From Minisyncoccota bacterium (GTDB taxonomy: Bacteria; Patescibacteriota; Minisyncoccia; Phycocordibacterales; Zambryskibacteraceae): a stretch of DNA of 64,000 nt. The stretch is taken from contig DATDVZ010000009.1 in NCBI GenBank assembly GCA_036517475.1, positions 14,524 to 78,523 on the forward strand. Direction: 5' to 3'. This document shows positions 36,601 through 45,356 of the stretch, piece after piece (position 1 is the first letter of the stretch; every line of letters starts with the position of its first letter). The notes under the pieces were generated by a model, which did no database searches, was not told where the DNA came from, and worked only from the letters and a program-made list of their open reading frames with translations. Both the position numbers and the translations under genes were made by a program.

Positions 36601-37254
36601 GATTGACTCAGCTCCGATACCAGCCTCAAAAAGAGTTGAATATCTCATCGAATGATTGTGAAATTCAACCTCATCAAGCACCTTACCTTCAATAAGCGAT
36701 TCTATTTCACGTTTGGTGCTTGAGAACAGTTCTTTCAGTGCCTCCTTGGATTTATCATCTTTAAGATTTTTTACTTTGGCTTTATATTCTGAATCAAGAT
36801 CCTTAAGAAGGCGCTGTTTTTCATTTTCTGAAACCGCAGTTACGATATACCCTGCAAAATAAATCACTTTTTCCAAATCCCCCGCCGGAATTCCAGTTAT
36901 TAGAGACAAACGCGAAGGTAAAGACTTCAGATACCATATATGACAGATCGGTGTTGCAAGCTCAATGTGACCCATCCTCTCCCTTCGGACAATAGAGCGT
37001 GTAATTTCGACACCACATTTTTCGCAGACAATGCCTTTATATCTTATCCCTCGATATTTTCCGCAATAACATTCATAATCTTTGTCTGGACCGAATATTT
37101 TTTCGTCAAATAAGCCGCTGCGTTCGCTGCGCTGTGTTCTGTAGTTTATCGTCTCAGGCTTGGTAACTTCACCGAATGACCATTCTTTGATTTTCTCCGG
37201 CGATGCCAATCGGATACCGATTCGATCAAATAACGTTGGGTTTGATGATTTCAT
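33622..37254 (-). CDS. rpoC: DNA-directed RNA polymerase beta' subunit
   Basis: NADFDGDQMAVH catalytic loop, zinc-binding CxxC motifs, and the bridge-helix and trigger-loop regions. Confidence 0.97.
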   Translation of the reverse strand: MKSSNPTLFDRIGIRLASPEKIKEWSFGEVTKPETINYRTQRSERSGLFDEKIFGPDKDYECYCGKYRGIRYKGIVCEKCGVEITRSIVRRERMGHIELATPICHIWYLKSLPSRLSLITGIPAGDLEKVIYFAGYIVTAVSENEKQRLLKDLDSEYKAKVKNLKDDKSKEALKELFSSTKREIESLIEGKVLDEVEFHNHSMRYSTLFEAGIGAESIYNLLKKTDLKKLLGKLKENTKDASALETPKLNRRISLITQMIKNNLRPEWMFLLRIPVIPPALRPMVPLDGGRYATSDVNDLYRRVINRNNRLKKLKEIGAPDVILRNEKRILQEAVDALLDNSIRHGNTGSQGATMAQRRPLKSLADNLRGKRGIFRQNLLGKRVDYSGRSVIVVGPDLKINECGLPKHMALELFKPFVISELLKKELAFNIRGASRLIEDGIPEVWAILEDVIAGKYVLLNRAPTLHRLSVQAFKPVLIEGNAIQVHPLVCTAFNADFDGDQMAVHVPLSEEAQLEAKMIMASDKNLLKPGSGNLIASIDKLDIILGCFWMTKLVKDDLGEGRIYPSPNSAITAHDYGIVGQRALIKVLGTESEKYKQFEGKIFETTVGRLMFNSVLPSDYPYVNQEIDRKRMSVLIDDLIERYGIEKLPAILDKIKVFGFKYTTRSGITWGIDDVIIPEGKDKIIKAARIKSDNITEQYNLGLLSTEERMREHIEIWHKAKSDVEKLVPGTLDPNGSVYDMLNSGARGSHSQLTQMAGMKGLITNTIGETIEFPIISCSKEGLTPLEYFITTHGSRKGLTDTALNTAKAGYLTRRLFDVAQDAIVSMEDCGTKEFIRVSSVGASGIETSLSKNVKGRFLAEDVAQGDGEVIFKKGTLLSKNDAKLIESKGIKEVSVRSPLNCKAAQGVCVKCYGEDLGLHKTVDLGEAVGTVAAQAIGEPGTQLTMRTFHAGGTASVGGDIVAGLPRVEEVFENRTPKNPAVISHVDGIVMAIKKEGMDKMISILPEGSSKSKEKIEYPVIATRTVLVKEGDKVKKGDLLTDGSADIDEIFKYAGKEAAQEYIIREITKPYELQGETVSRKHIEVIVKQMFSRRKVKDSGETEFTAGEVVDEPDLLEANAMAKEKGKTEAKAEPVLMGITEVSLSRRSFLSAASFQHTTRVLIASAIRGTDDRLVGLKENVIIGRLIPAGSGYEGSIKHKMISEMNNPG

Positions 37255-37263
37255 ATATTTTTC

Positions 37264-40200
37264 TTATTGTTCTTCTTGGTTATCGCTTTCTACATCTTTT
37301 AATTCAACATCAAGACAAAGTCCCTTGAGATTATTCATAAGAACATTGAAAGAGGCGGGTGCGTTAAGCTGATTAATTCTTTCCCCCTTAACTATTGCAT
37401 CAAATGCTGCTGATCGACCCATAATGTCATCTGATTTTATGGTAAGCATCTCCCGAAGGGTGTATGCCGCCCCGTGCCCCAGAAGTGCCCAGACCTCCAT
37501 CTCTCCAAATCTCTGTCCCCCACCCTGTGCTTTTCCGCCAAGCGGTTGTTGAGTAATTAAAGAATATGGACCAATTGATCGCATATGGATTTTATCCTCA
37601 ACCATGTGGTGAAGTTTCATGATATGCATATACCCGACAGCAATTCTCTGATTAAAAGATTCTCCCGTCCTGCCGTCGTAAAGAACCATTTTCCCGTCTT
37701 CGGCAAATCCGGATTTTTTAAGCTCTTCTTTAATTTCTGTGTCAGTTGCGCCAGCAAATGGTGGAACAATTGCCTGATAGTTGAGAGTATTTGCAGCGAG
37801 CCCTAGATGCATTTCCAATATTTGACCAAGATTCATACGGGAAGGAACGCCAAGGGGCGTGAGAATGATGTCAATTGGCGTACCGTCAGACATATAAGGC
37901 ATTTCTTCAACGGGAAGAATTCTTGAAATAACTCCTTTGTTTCCATGCCTTCCTGCAAGCTTGTCTCCGACTGAAACTGAACGAAGTTGCGCAACTTCTA
38001 TATGAATTCTTTTTATTATTCCTGAGTCAAGCTTATCTCCCTTCTCGCGTGAAAAAATCTGAACATTGATTACTCTTCCTCTTTTTCCTCCCTCCATTCT
38101 CTTTGAAGTGTCCTTAACATCACGAGCTTTTTCTCCAAAAAGTGATCTCAGTAGCCTCTCTTCAGGAGTAAGTTGCGTCTCACCCTTGGGTGTAATTTTT
38201 CCCACAAGAATGTCTCCGGGTCTTACTTCCGCGCCTATTCTTATAATTCCATCTTCGGCAAGATTCCTTAGTTTACTTTCGCCGACATTTGGTATATCGC
38301 AAGTTATGATTTCAGGACCAAGTTTTGTGTCACGCACATTAACGACAAAATCCTCAATATGAATTGATGTAAATTTGCTTTCTTTGATAAGTCTTTCTGA
38401 AACAATGATTGCATCCTCATAATTTGCTCCTGACCAGCTCATGAAAGCAACAAGAATATTTTGCCCCAACGCTATCTGCCCTCTGTCAGAGGTTGAGGTA
38501 TCAGCAAGAAGCTGGCCTCTTTTTACTTTTTCTCCGATTTCAACTGATGGCCGCTGATGAAAAGCTGTGAATCCGTTTGTCTGGCTGAAGTTTATAAGTC
38601 TGTAATCTTTTTCTTTGCCTTTTTCATTCTTTATAACAACGTGTTTGCCGTCTACATGGGTAACGGTGCCCGCCTCCTCAGCGTAAATAAGCCGGCCAGT
38701 ATACTTTGCTGCTGCTTCTTCTATACCCGTCCCAACGAGAGCTGCTTCAGGAATAACACAAGGAGTTGCCTGCTTTTGCATGTTTGAACCCATCAGAGCC
38801 CGATTGGCATCATTGTGATTAAGAAAAGGAATCATTGAGGTTGATACTGAAAATGCCTGATTTGTAGCAACATCAATATAGTGAACGTCCTTTTTGAGAA
38901 CTAAACTTGGTTTTCCACCGACACGGACTTCCACTTCATCAACTGTAATGTTGCCATTTTCATCATAGGGAGTTGCGGCATGAGCAATATTAAACTGCTC
39001 TTCCTCAAGTGCATTAAGATATAGCACCTCCTTGGTAACCTTGCCGTCTTTGACTTTGGCATAAGGGGTTTCTATCATTCCAAAATCATTTACTCTTGCA
39101 TAAACCGCGAGCCGCAAAATTAAACCAATGTTGGGCCCCTCGGGAGTTTGTATTGGACAAAGTCTTCCGTAATGAGAGGAGTGAACGTCTCTTACTTCAT
39201 AACCTGCTCTTGCTCGGTTTAAGCCGCCAGTACCAAGCGCGGATAGAGTTCTGAGACTTTCCAACTCCTGTAGTATATTTTCCTGGCCCATAAATTGTGA
39301 AAGTTGGTTTGTGGTGAAAAATTCTTTCATTCTGGCCTGCAGAGGTTTTGGAGATATAAACTGAATAGGAAGTGTAACGTCCGTATCAACTGTAGACATC
39401 CTGTTCTGAATGTTTCTCTTAATCTGAGCCATACCAACTCTTATTTTCTGTTGGAACATTTCTCCCACAAAACGCACTCTTCTTGAGCCGAGATGATCAA
39501 TATCATCCTCCGTGGCGCCGACAGTGTTATTGAGAGTAATAATGTGATTAACAATCGTAGCGACATCATCTAAGGAAAGAGTTTTTCTCTCCACTTCAGA
39601 AGAAGATATGCTTTTGCCGAAACGGTTGTTGAATCGGAAGCGGCCAACTTTATGCATATCATATCTTTCAGACCCGAAAATTGCCTGAAAGAATTCTCTG
39701 GCGTTATCTTCCGTTGCCAGATCACCGTCACGAAGTCTCTTGTGGATTTCAATATAAGCTTGCCCCTGATCTTTAGAATGATCTTTGGCAAGAGTTTTTT
39801 CTATCTGCTTTCCGTTAGCATTCTTTGAGAAAAGACCAATAATTTCCTTGTCTGTCTTAGCTCCAAAGGCACGCAGAAGAGTTGTTACGGGGAATTTTCT
39901 TTTCTTGTCAATGCGAACATAAACAACGCCCTCATAATCAGTTTCCATCTCAATCCACGCTCCGCGTGAGGGTATAACCTTGGCGCCGAATAGTCTTTTA
40001 CCTCGCAGTTCTTGCGAAGTAAAAAAAACTCCAAATGATCTTGCTAGCTGAGGCACCACTACTCTTTCAATACCGCTGATAATAAAAGTGCCGTGGGTAG
40101 TCATTAGAGGAAAATCAGCCATAAAAATCTCCTGTTCCTTTTCAGTATTGAGAATGTGGTTTTTTAGCTTAACCTTTACTTTAAGAGGGGCTTCATATGA

Positions 40201-40440
40201 AAGTTTATTCTCCTTAGCATAATACTCATCATATTTCGGCTCTGAAAGTTCACATTCCTTAAATTCGAGAGTGAATTTTTTTTCAGAAAAATCTTTGATT
40301 GTTTTGAATTCATCAAATACCTCTTTAATACCCTCATCAATAAGCCATTTGAAAGATTTAATCTGCGGTTCTACCAGATTAGGAATTTCAATAAGGGGTT
40401 TTTTGAATTTTCCAAAAAAACGTTTTGTTGGTGTTTGCAT
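37264..40440 (-). CDS. rpoB: DNA-directed RNA polymerase beta subunit (short, 1058 aa)
   Basis: Conserved beta-subunit blocks are present, including the rifampicin cluster region and the C-terminal GGQRFGEMEVWAL. Confidence 0.97.
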   Translation of the reverse strand: MQTPTKRFFGKFKKPLIEIPNLVEPQIKSFKWLIDEGIKEVFDEFKTIKDFSEKKFTLEFKECELSEPKYDEYYAKENKLSYEAPLKVKVKLKNHILNTEKEQEIFMADFPLMTTHGTFIISGIERVVVPQLARSFGVFFTSQELRGKRLFGAKVIPSRGAWIEMETDYEGVVYVRIDKKRKFPVTTLLRAFGAKTDKEIIGLFSKNANGKQIEKTLAKDHSKDQGQAYIEIHKRLRDGDLATEDNAREFFQAIFGSERYDMHKVGRFRFNNRFGKSISSSEVERKTLSLDDVATIVNHIITLNNTVGATEDDIDHLGSRRVRFVGEMFQQKIRVGMAQIKRNIQNRMSTVDTDVTLPIQFISPKPLQARMKEFFTTNQLSQFMGQENILQELESLRTLSALGTGGLNRARAGYEVRDVHSSHYGRLCPIQTPEGPNIGLILRLAVYARVNDFGMIETPYAKVKDGKVTKEVLYLNALEEEQFNIAHAATPYDENGNITVDEVEVRVGGKPSLVLKKDVHYIDVATNQAFSVSTSMIPFLNHNDANRALMGSNMQKQATPCVIPEAALVGTGIEEAAAKYTGRLIYAEEAGTVTHVDGKHVVIKNEKGKEKDYRLINFSQTNGFTAFHQRPSVEIGEKVKRGQLLADTSTSDRGQIALGQNILVAFMSWSGANYEDAIIVSERLIKESKFTSIHIEDFVVNVRDTKLGPEIITCDIPNVGESKLRNLAEDGIIRIGAEVRPGDILVGKITPKGETQLTPEERLLRSLFGEKARDVKDTSKRMEGGKRGRVINVQIFSREKGDKLDSGIIKRIHIEVAQLRSVSVGDKLAGRHGNKGVISRILPVEEMPYMSDGTPIDIILTPLGVPSRMNLGQILEMHLGLAANTLNYQAIVPPFAGATDTEIKEELKKSGFAEDGKMVLYDGRTGESFNQRIAVGYMHIMKLHHMVEDKIHMRSIGPYSLITQQPLGGKAQGGGQRFGEMEVWALLGHGAAYTLREMLTIKSDDIMGRSAAFDAIVKGERINQLNAPASFNVLMNNLKGLCLDVELKDVESDNQEEQ

Positions 40441-40719
40441 AAATTAAAAAAAACACTGCTCTGTTTGCAGAGTTCCAAATTAAATTAATATGTCATTATG
40501 AAAAGTTGGAGTGCAAGACTAAAACGAAATTATTCCGCAACTAAAACTTCGTTCCTATTGGCCATAACTCAATCTTGCTGAAGTGAAGTGAAGGGACATT
40601 TTACTCCCTGTAAAATTAATGTCAATCTCACAGTTGTCTTATTGTGGATAAAAAGTGGATTACACTCTCTAAAAAACTGCGGCCCTAGCTAATATAATGA
40701 CGAAATAATGAAGATTATC

Positions 40720-41454
40720 TTACCTTTTTTTACCTTTCCACATTTCAATTTTCTTATGATGTCCAGAAAGTAATACTTTAGGCACTTTATAAGATTTTCC
40801 TTTGTACTTTAGGACTTCCGGTCTTGTATATACATCCGAGGAAGAAATGCGTCTTTCTTCAAGAGAGTCAAATTTACCCAATACTCCTTTAATCTGCCTT
40901 GAAACTGCATCCATTACTATCATTGCTGGTAATTCCCCTCCAGTTAAAACAAATGGCCCAACTGAAATTTCTTCCACTTTATAAATTTTCTTAACCCGTG
41001 CATCTATGCCTTCGTATCGTCCGCAAATAATAATTAAGTCAGAAAATTTTTGTGAATAATTTTTTGCTATTAAATTTGTAAATTGTTTCCCAGAAGGGGT
41101 AAGCCAAATTATCTTTACCCTGTTAAATAATTTCACCTTTGGTGAAATTCCCGCCTTGCGGGATTTAACAGGGTGATTTTTAAATTTTGATTTTGCAAGC
41201 GCTACTTCTATCGCTTTAATAACCGGCAGCGCTTGCACGACCATCCCCGGCCCTCCCCCATAAGGTGGCTTATCAATTCGTATTGCTCTCGGGGGCCTGC
41301 CCTGTAGGAAGCTTCGCTTTCCTACGGGGACATAGTCCCGGGGGTTATAGAAATTAACTTTAATTTTCTTATCTTCAATTGCACGTTTAATTATGGATTC
41401 GCCCAAATATGACTCAAAAGCCTTGGGAAATAGGGAAATAATATGGAATGTCAT
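40720..41454 (-). CDS. trmD: tRNA (guanine37-N1)-methyltransferase TrmD, carrying an in-frame palindromic insertion
   Basis: SPOUT-fold motifs PYGGGPGM and CGRYEGID are present with the C-terminal domain. Start assigned to MTFHIISLFP. About 19 extra codons correspond to the repeat 41118-41173. Confidence 0.88.
   Translation of the reverse strand: MTFHIISLFPKAFESYLGESIIKRAIEDKKIKVNFYNPRDYVPVGKRSFLQGRPPRAIRIDKPPYGGGPGMVVQALPVIKAIEVALAKSKFKNHPVKSRKAGISPKVKLFNRVKIIWLTPSGKQFTNLIAKNYSQKFSDLIIICGRYEGIDARVKKIYKVEEISVGPFVLTGGELPAMIVMDAVSRQIKGVLGKFDSLEERRISSSDVYTRPEVLKYKGKSYKVPKVLLSGHHKKIEMWKGKKR
41118..41173. repeat. Nested-palindrome micro-element, copy 2, in-frame within trmD
   Basis: CCCTGTTAAATAA-tttcacctttggtgaaa-TT-CCCGCcttgGCGGG-ATTTAACAGGG. 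It encodes the insert KSKFKNHPVKSRKAGISPKVKLFNR, which is absent from canonical TrmD. Confidence 0.6.
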
Positions 41455-41526
41455 AGAATTAAAATACCATTGACACATCTTTGTTGCAATGATATTTTAG
41501 CATCAGATATTTAACTGGAACGGTCT

Positions 41527-41985
41527 GTGACAATCGAGGAGGAATTTGAACGTCTCAGGTTACTAGCAGCAACAAAGGAAGGTTGGCGACAATTAGAAGA
41601 CGGATGGATGAGAGCTCTTAATCTTCCATTCCCTAACATCACCACTCAAGACTATGATCTAAGTTTGGGTTTCGCAATCGATGCGAAGTTCGGCACATGG
41701 TTGTATGAGATTGGTAAACCTGAAGATAAGTCCCATGGGATGGCCAGGATCAGACTTCGTCTCAAACTGTTGTTCGATAAGGAACTCCCGGTTTGGCACG
41801 AATCAGATTTGGTTGAAGGGAGGTTAGCCAATGTAATAGGCTGGCAATTCCCATTTATCTATCTCATGCGACTATGGGAAAGAAATGAAGAATTAAGTAG
41901 AATTGAAGCTAAATTGATCGAGCAAGGAATCGGGCTTCCTCTCAACTGTTTATGGATTGCTCACACCGAGCAAGAAGAAGTGTAA
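41527..41985 (+). CDS. Hypothetical protein (152 aa), GC-rich
   Basis: ORF with the GC-rich terminator gcgcgtc...gggcgcgc followed by T8. Confidence 0.5.
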   Translation: MTIEEEFERLRLLAATKEGWRQLEDGWMRALNLPFPNITTQDYDLSLGFAIDAKFGTWLYEIGKPEDKSHGMARIRLRLKLLFDKELPVWHESDLVEGRLANVIGWQFPFIYLMRLWERNEELSRIEAKLIEQGIGLPLNCLWIAHTEQEEV

Positions 41986-42089
41986 TTACGCGCGTCTAAA
42001 GAGTGGGCGCGCTTTTTTTTATCCTATATTGCACTTTATGATGATTATTAATTAAAAACCTCGTATTTACAAACACGAGGTAAAGTTAT

Positions 42090-42698
42090 TTATAAATTTG
42101 TAAGCGAAACTAGCTTGCCTTCACTGATACGAGACTCTGCCTTTTTTTCCTTCCTGAGTACAGAACGAAATAGATAAATCATCGTTAGAGTGAGAATTTG
42201 CAAATCAAGCCCTAACCAGTTTTCTTTCATCCGTTCAATAAATTCCAGATCGCTTATTACTGCCTGAATGTTCCCCGGAAGATCATGTGGTTGTCCTCTG
42301 ATTTGAGCCAACCCAGTAACTCCAGGTAAGACAGAAAACCTTATGTCGTAACCGAGGTGTTTGAATTGATCACTGAAAAGTTCCGCCCACTCAACTATTG
42401 TTGCACGCGGACCAACAAGAGCCATGTCACCAATGACGACATTCCAGAATTGTGGCAACTCATCAATTTTCGTCTTGCGCATAAACCCACCACAGAGACG
42501 AATGGGTTCCTGATTATCTTTCCGCAAGGTGCGAAGTTTGATAATTGTAAAAACCAGATTTCCCTTTCCCTTTCTTTTTTGGAGGAGAAAGGGATTACAC
42601 GGATAACATGCAAAAACAGTTATTGATGCCAAAAATACTATTGGCAAGGTAAGTATTGATAGAGCTATTGCAAGAAGATAATGAATAACTCTTCTCAT
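42090..42698 (-). CDS. Undecaprenyl-phosphate sugar phosphotransferase (bacterial sugar transferase, WbaP/EpsL C-terminal domain family)
   Basis: N-terminal TM segment. DELPQFWNVVIGDMALVGPR and the VLPGVTGLAQ motif of the Bac_transf family. Confidence 0.85.
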   Translation of the reverse strand: MRRVIHYLLAIALSILTLPIVFLASITVFACYPCNPFLLQKRKGKGNLVFTIIKLRTLRKDNQEPIRLCGGFMRKTKIDELPQFWNVVIGDMALVGPRATIVEWAELFSDQFKHLGYDIRFSVLPGVTGLAQIRGQPHDLPGNIQAVISDLEFIERMKENWLGLDLQILTLTMIYLFRSVLRKEKKAESRISEGKLVSLTNL

Positions 42699-42842
42699 TT
42701 CATCACTCCTCTGCTTGGTAATCTATAAACACACTAAGTGATTATTCACGATGGTCAATATTTACAAACTTAAATTTTATTTCTTAGTTCTCTAGTCAAA
42801 TGCGTGTTATTATTTTTACAGAAGACAAATAGGATAAATAAT

Positions 42843-43055
42843 ATGAGTTCATTGAAATTGTTTTGGTACACCGCAAGATGTATCCCGGGCATAATCCTAA
42901 ACATTAGTCTACTTTTTCTAGTTCCTATCATGGCTAATTCCGTAGAGCCAATGTGGGCTAAACTAACAACAATATTTGCAACGATTATTTTTGGTGTTGT
43001 GGCTGTAGTCTTTCTTGGGTTATGGGCAATAAACGGATTAAACCGAACAAATTAG
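42843..43055 (+). CDS. Small membrane protein (about 70 aa, two TM segments)
   Basis: Hydrophobic ORF followed by two consecutive hairpin terminators (43040-43105). Confidence 0.4.
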   Translation: MSSLKLFWYTARCIPGIILNISLLFLVPIMANSVEPMWAKLTTIFATIIFGVVAVVFLGLWAINGLNRTN

Positions 43056-43263
43056 TTCGGTTTTTTATTAACAGAAAATCCCGCTTAAGCGGGATTTTCT
43101 GTTAATAAACGAGAACTTTAATTTTTTCACAATTAGCGTAGTTACAATTACAAATTACGATTTTTTTAGCAAAATTCAACTGTTTGACGAGCATGCGGGC
43201 AGTTTCAAATTTTGCGTTAAAAAATGAGTTAATTTGTTTGTAACGAAGCGTTACGTGAAAAAA

Positions 43264-43569
43264 TTAAAGTTTGAGGTCCTCCATAGCCTGATCAAAATCT
43301 TTTACCTGTGAACCTCTGGTGCTGCCTTCCGGCTCATTGATTTTAAGATTAACTCGGGCATTATTTTTCATTCCCACTACTCGCAACAGTGTCCTTATTG
43401 CTTTGGCTGTATTACCCTGTCGTCCGATAATTTTGCCCATATCTGCCGGATTGACATCAAGAGTTATTAGAACTCCCATTTCATCCACTGTTCTGGCAAT
43501 CTTTACATCATCTGGATTGTCAACTAATGTTTTAACAATCACTTCTAAAAACTTTACGTCTTGTTCCAT
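43264..43569 (-). CDS. khpA: KH-domain RNA-binding protein (KhpA/YlqC-like, UPF0109)
   Basis: [13 protein letters not shown]...[26 protein letters not shown] contains the GxxG KH motif. Conserved neighbour of rpsP. Confidence 0.8.
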   Translation of the reverse strand: [101 protein letters not shown]

Positions 43570-43656
43570 TTCTTTGCTTGATTTACTACTAATTCAGCAG
43601 TTCTGTACTGCTGCGAAAAGTATAACACAATATTAAAAAATATGCAACTCTGTTGC

Positions 43657-44181
43657 TTATGCTTTTGATGAATTCTCTGGCGCAGGAGATTCTTCTGGAG
43701 TTTGCTCTACAGGAGTTATTTCCACCCCAGCTTTAACTTCAAGATCTGGTTCGGGAATGGTCATTACTTCTGACTCAATCTCTACTTTTGGAGCTTCGGA
43801 ATCTATTGTGGGTTGTTGGTTGTTTGTTGCTTGTTGTTGGTTTTTAGTTGTTGGTGGTTGGTTACTTGTTGTTGGTTGTGTGTTGTCAGTTGTCTGTTCT
43901 TTAACTGGCGGACTTTTCTTCGGTAATACGTTTATCTTTTTACCCTCGATAATGTTGTGGCTTATGAGAAGATTGTGAACTGTGGGAGAAAGTTTTGCCC
44001 CTTTACTTATCCACTCTTTGATTTTTTCGCCTTCAAATTTCTCTGTAGTTTTTCTCGGATCATAAGAGCCGAGTACTTCAACATAACGCCCGCTTTTGGT
44101 GCTGTTCTTAGAATCAGTTAAAACAACCCTGAATGTGGGCTCGTGTTTTCTTCCTGTTCTTTGTAGACGAATTTTTAACAC
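43657..44181 (-). CDS. rpsP: 30S ribosomal protein bS16 with Thr/Gln/Asn/Pro-rich C-terminal extension
   Basis: MLKIRLQRTGRKHEPTFRVVLTDS is the bS16 N-terminus. The about 90-aa low-complexity tail is encoded by (GTTGTTGGTTGT)-like repeats. Confidence 0.9.
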   Translation of the reverse strand: MLKIRLQRTGRKHEPTFRVVLTDSKNSTKSGRYVEVLGSYDPRKTTEKFEGEKIKEWISKGAKLSPTVHNLLISHNIIEGKKINVLPKKSPPVKEQTTDNTQPTTSNQPPTTKNQQQATNNQQPTIDSEAPKVEIESEVMTIPEPDLEVKAGVEITPVEQTPEESPAPENSSKA

Positions 44182-44245
44182 AATCGAAATATCCTAACAG
44201 ATTTAATAAAAAAGAAAAGATCCGAATAAATTCGGATCAAGGAAG

Positions 44246-44584
44246 CTACCAATGAATATATACATGATTTGGAATGAAACGAGATCCACTTTCTTGGATT
44301 TGGAGCTGAAGCCCCCTTCTTTCGGCCCATTCTTTAAGCCCTTTAACCATACATTCGGAACAATAGGTTTGACGCCCGAATTGATGCTCAAATTCGTAAA
44401 CAAGGCTCGAACGCAACCCATAATCTGCCTCCTGCCGCAGTTTGCTAGGAAGTTTGGAGGTAATGCGTCGAACCTCAAAGAGCGCCTGCTCTTCATCCTG
44501 TTTTTTCCTTTCCTGTCGCCTTATTCCCTCATCTGCCAAAGCCCTCCTCGAGATGGTGCGCAATTCCCGCAGTAGCTTTTGCAT
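44246..44584 (-). CDS. Hypothetical protein (112 aa), GC-rich; the antisense ORF 44252-44575 is the less likely alternative
   Basis: Charged composition typical of a real protein on the minus strand. No homolog was recognised. Confidence 0.35.
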   Translation of the reverse strand: MQKLLRELRTISRRALADEGIRRQERKKQDEEQALFEVRRITSKLPSKLRQEADYGLRSSLVYEFEHQFGRQTYCSECMVKGLKEWAERRGLQLQIQESGSRFIPNHVYIHW

Positions 44585-44717
44585 GTAATTTCTCCACTTC
44601 TTAAAATAAAATCGAATCCAGACGTTTTATACCATAAATAAAACTGAAATCCAATAGTAAAATGCGCTTATATAAAGCAAAGAAATTTGATATAAATTTG
44701 ACATAAAATACACATTA

Positions 44718-44749
44718 TTAACATTTTATACGATCGTATAAAATGTTAA
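44718..44749. promoter_or_regulatory. 32-bp perfect palindrome ttaacattTTATACGATCGTATAAaatgttaa immediately upstream of the wHTH/Cas2-like regulator gene
   Basis: Perfect dyad 11 nt upstream of ATG 44760. Probable autoregulatory operator. Confidence 0.6.
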
Positions 44750-44759
44750 TATTCAAACA

Positions 44760-45251
44760 ATGAGTTTAGTGGATGATATTCTAAATGGGCTTTACCAAGG
44801 CAAATACAGGAATTATCGTTTTCTCTTTGATCTTGTTTACAAAAAAGATGAGAATGGAAATCTGAAAATAAAAGAAAATACTTTTCGTAGCACCTTAAGC
44901 AGATTGGGCAAAAAAGGTTTAGTTCAAAATAAATATGGTGCTTGGAAAATTACTGAAGATGGTTTGGAATTCTTAAATTCAAAAAATAAAAAAATAAAAG
45001 AATTCTTTTATGAAAAACCTAGAAATAAAAATATAGTGAGAAATTTGATAGTGTGTTTTGATATCCCAGAAAAAGAAAGAAGAAGTAGGGACTGGCTGCG
45101 TTCAGAATTAATTGGTTTTGGATTTGAACCAATACAAAAAAGTGTATGGTTTGGACCTCCGTTGCCAAAAGAATTTGTTGAGTTTCTTTCTGAAAGAAAG
45201 ATTCTAGATTACATCCGTTTTTTTAAAGCTGAAAGAGAGGATGTTGAGTAG
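44760..45251 (+). CDS. Winged-helix + Cas2-like (PaaX-like) putative transcriptional regulator
   Basis: The N-terminal 90 aa are wHTH-like. The C-terminal LIVCFDIPEKERRSRDWLRSELIGFGFEPIQKSVWFG follows the Cas2/VapD beta-alpha-beta pattern (hhhhYDI...R.+h...L..aG.R.Q.SVF). Flanked by perfect palindromes. Confidence 0.6.
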   Translation: MSLVDDILNGLYQGKYRNYRFLFDLVYKKDENGNLKIKENTFRSTLSRLGKKGLVQNKYGAWKITEDGLEFLNSKNKKIKEFFYEKPRNKNIVRNLIVCFDIPEKERRSRDWLRSELIGFGFEPIQKSVWFGPPLPKEFVEFLSERKILDYIRFFKAEREDVE

Positions 45252-45279
45252 TTAATTTTATTCTTAAATATACAAATCA

Positions 45280-45319
45280 AATGTTAACAAGTTATACGAT
45301 CGTATAACTTGTTAACATT
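45280..45319. promoter_or_regulatory. 40-bp perfect palindrome aatgttaacaagTTATACGATCGTATAActtgttaacatt in the RNase R promoter region
   Basis: Perfect dyad 38 nt upstream of the rnr ATG. Same core as 44718-44749 and 1447-1480. Confidence 0.6.
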
Positions 45320-45356
45320 CTAAAAATTCATTGTTTTGCTATAATTTAAATAAATC

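Noticed and set aside
33578-40440. Numerous 60-150 aa ORFs on the plus strand inside rpoC and rpoB (for example 34085-34516, 35854-36117, 38066-38362)
   Set aside because: They are antisense to unambiguous, full-length RNAP subunit genes. They are typical shadow ORFs.
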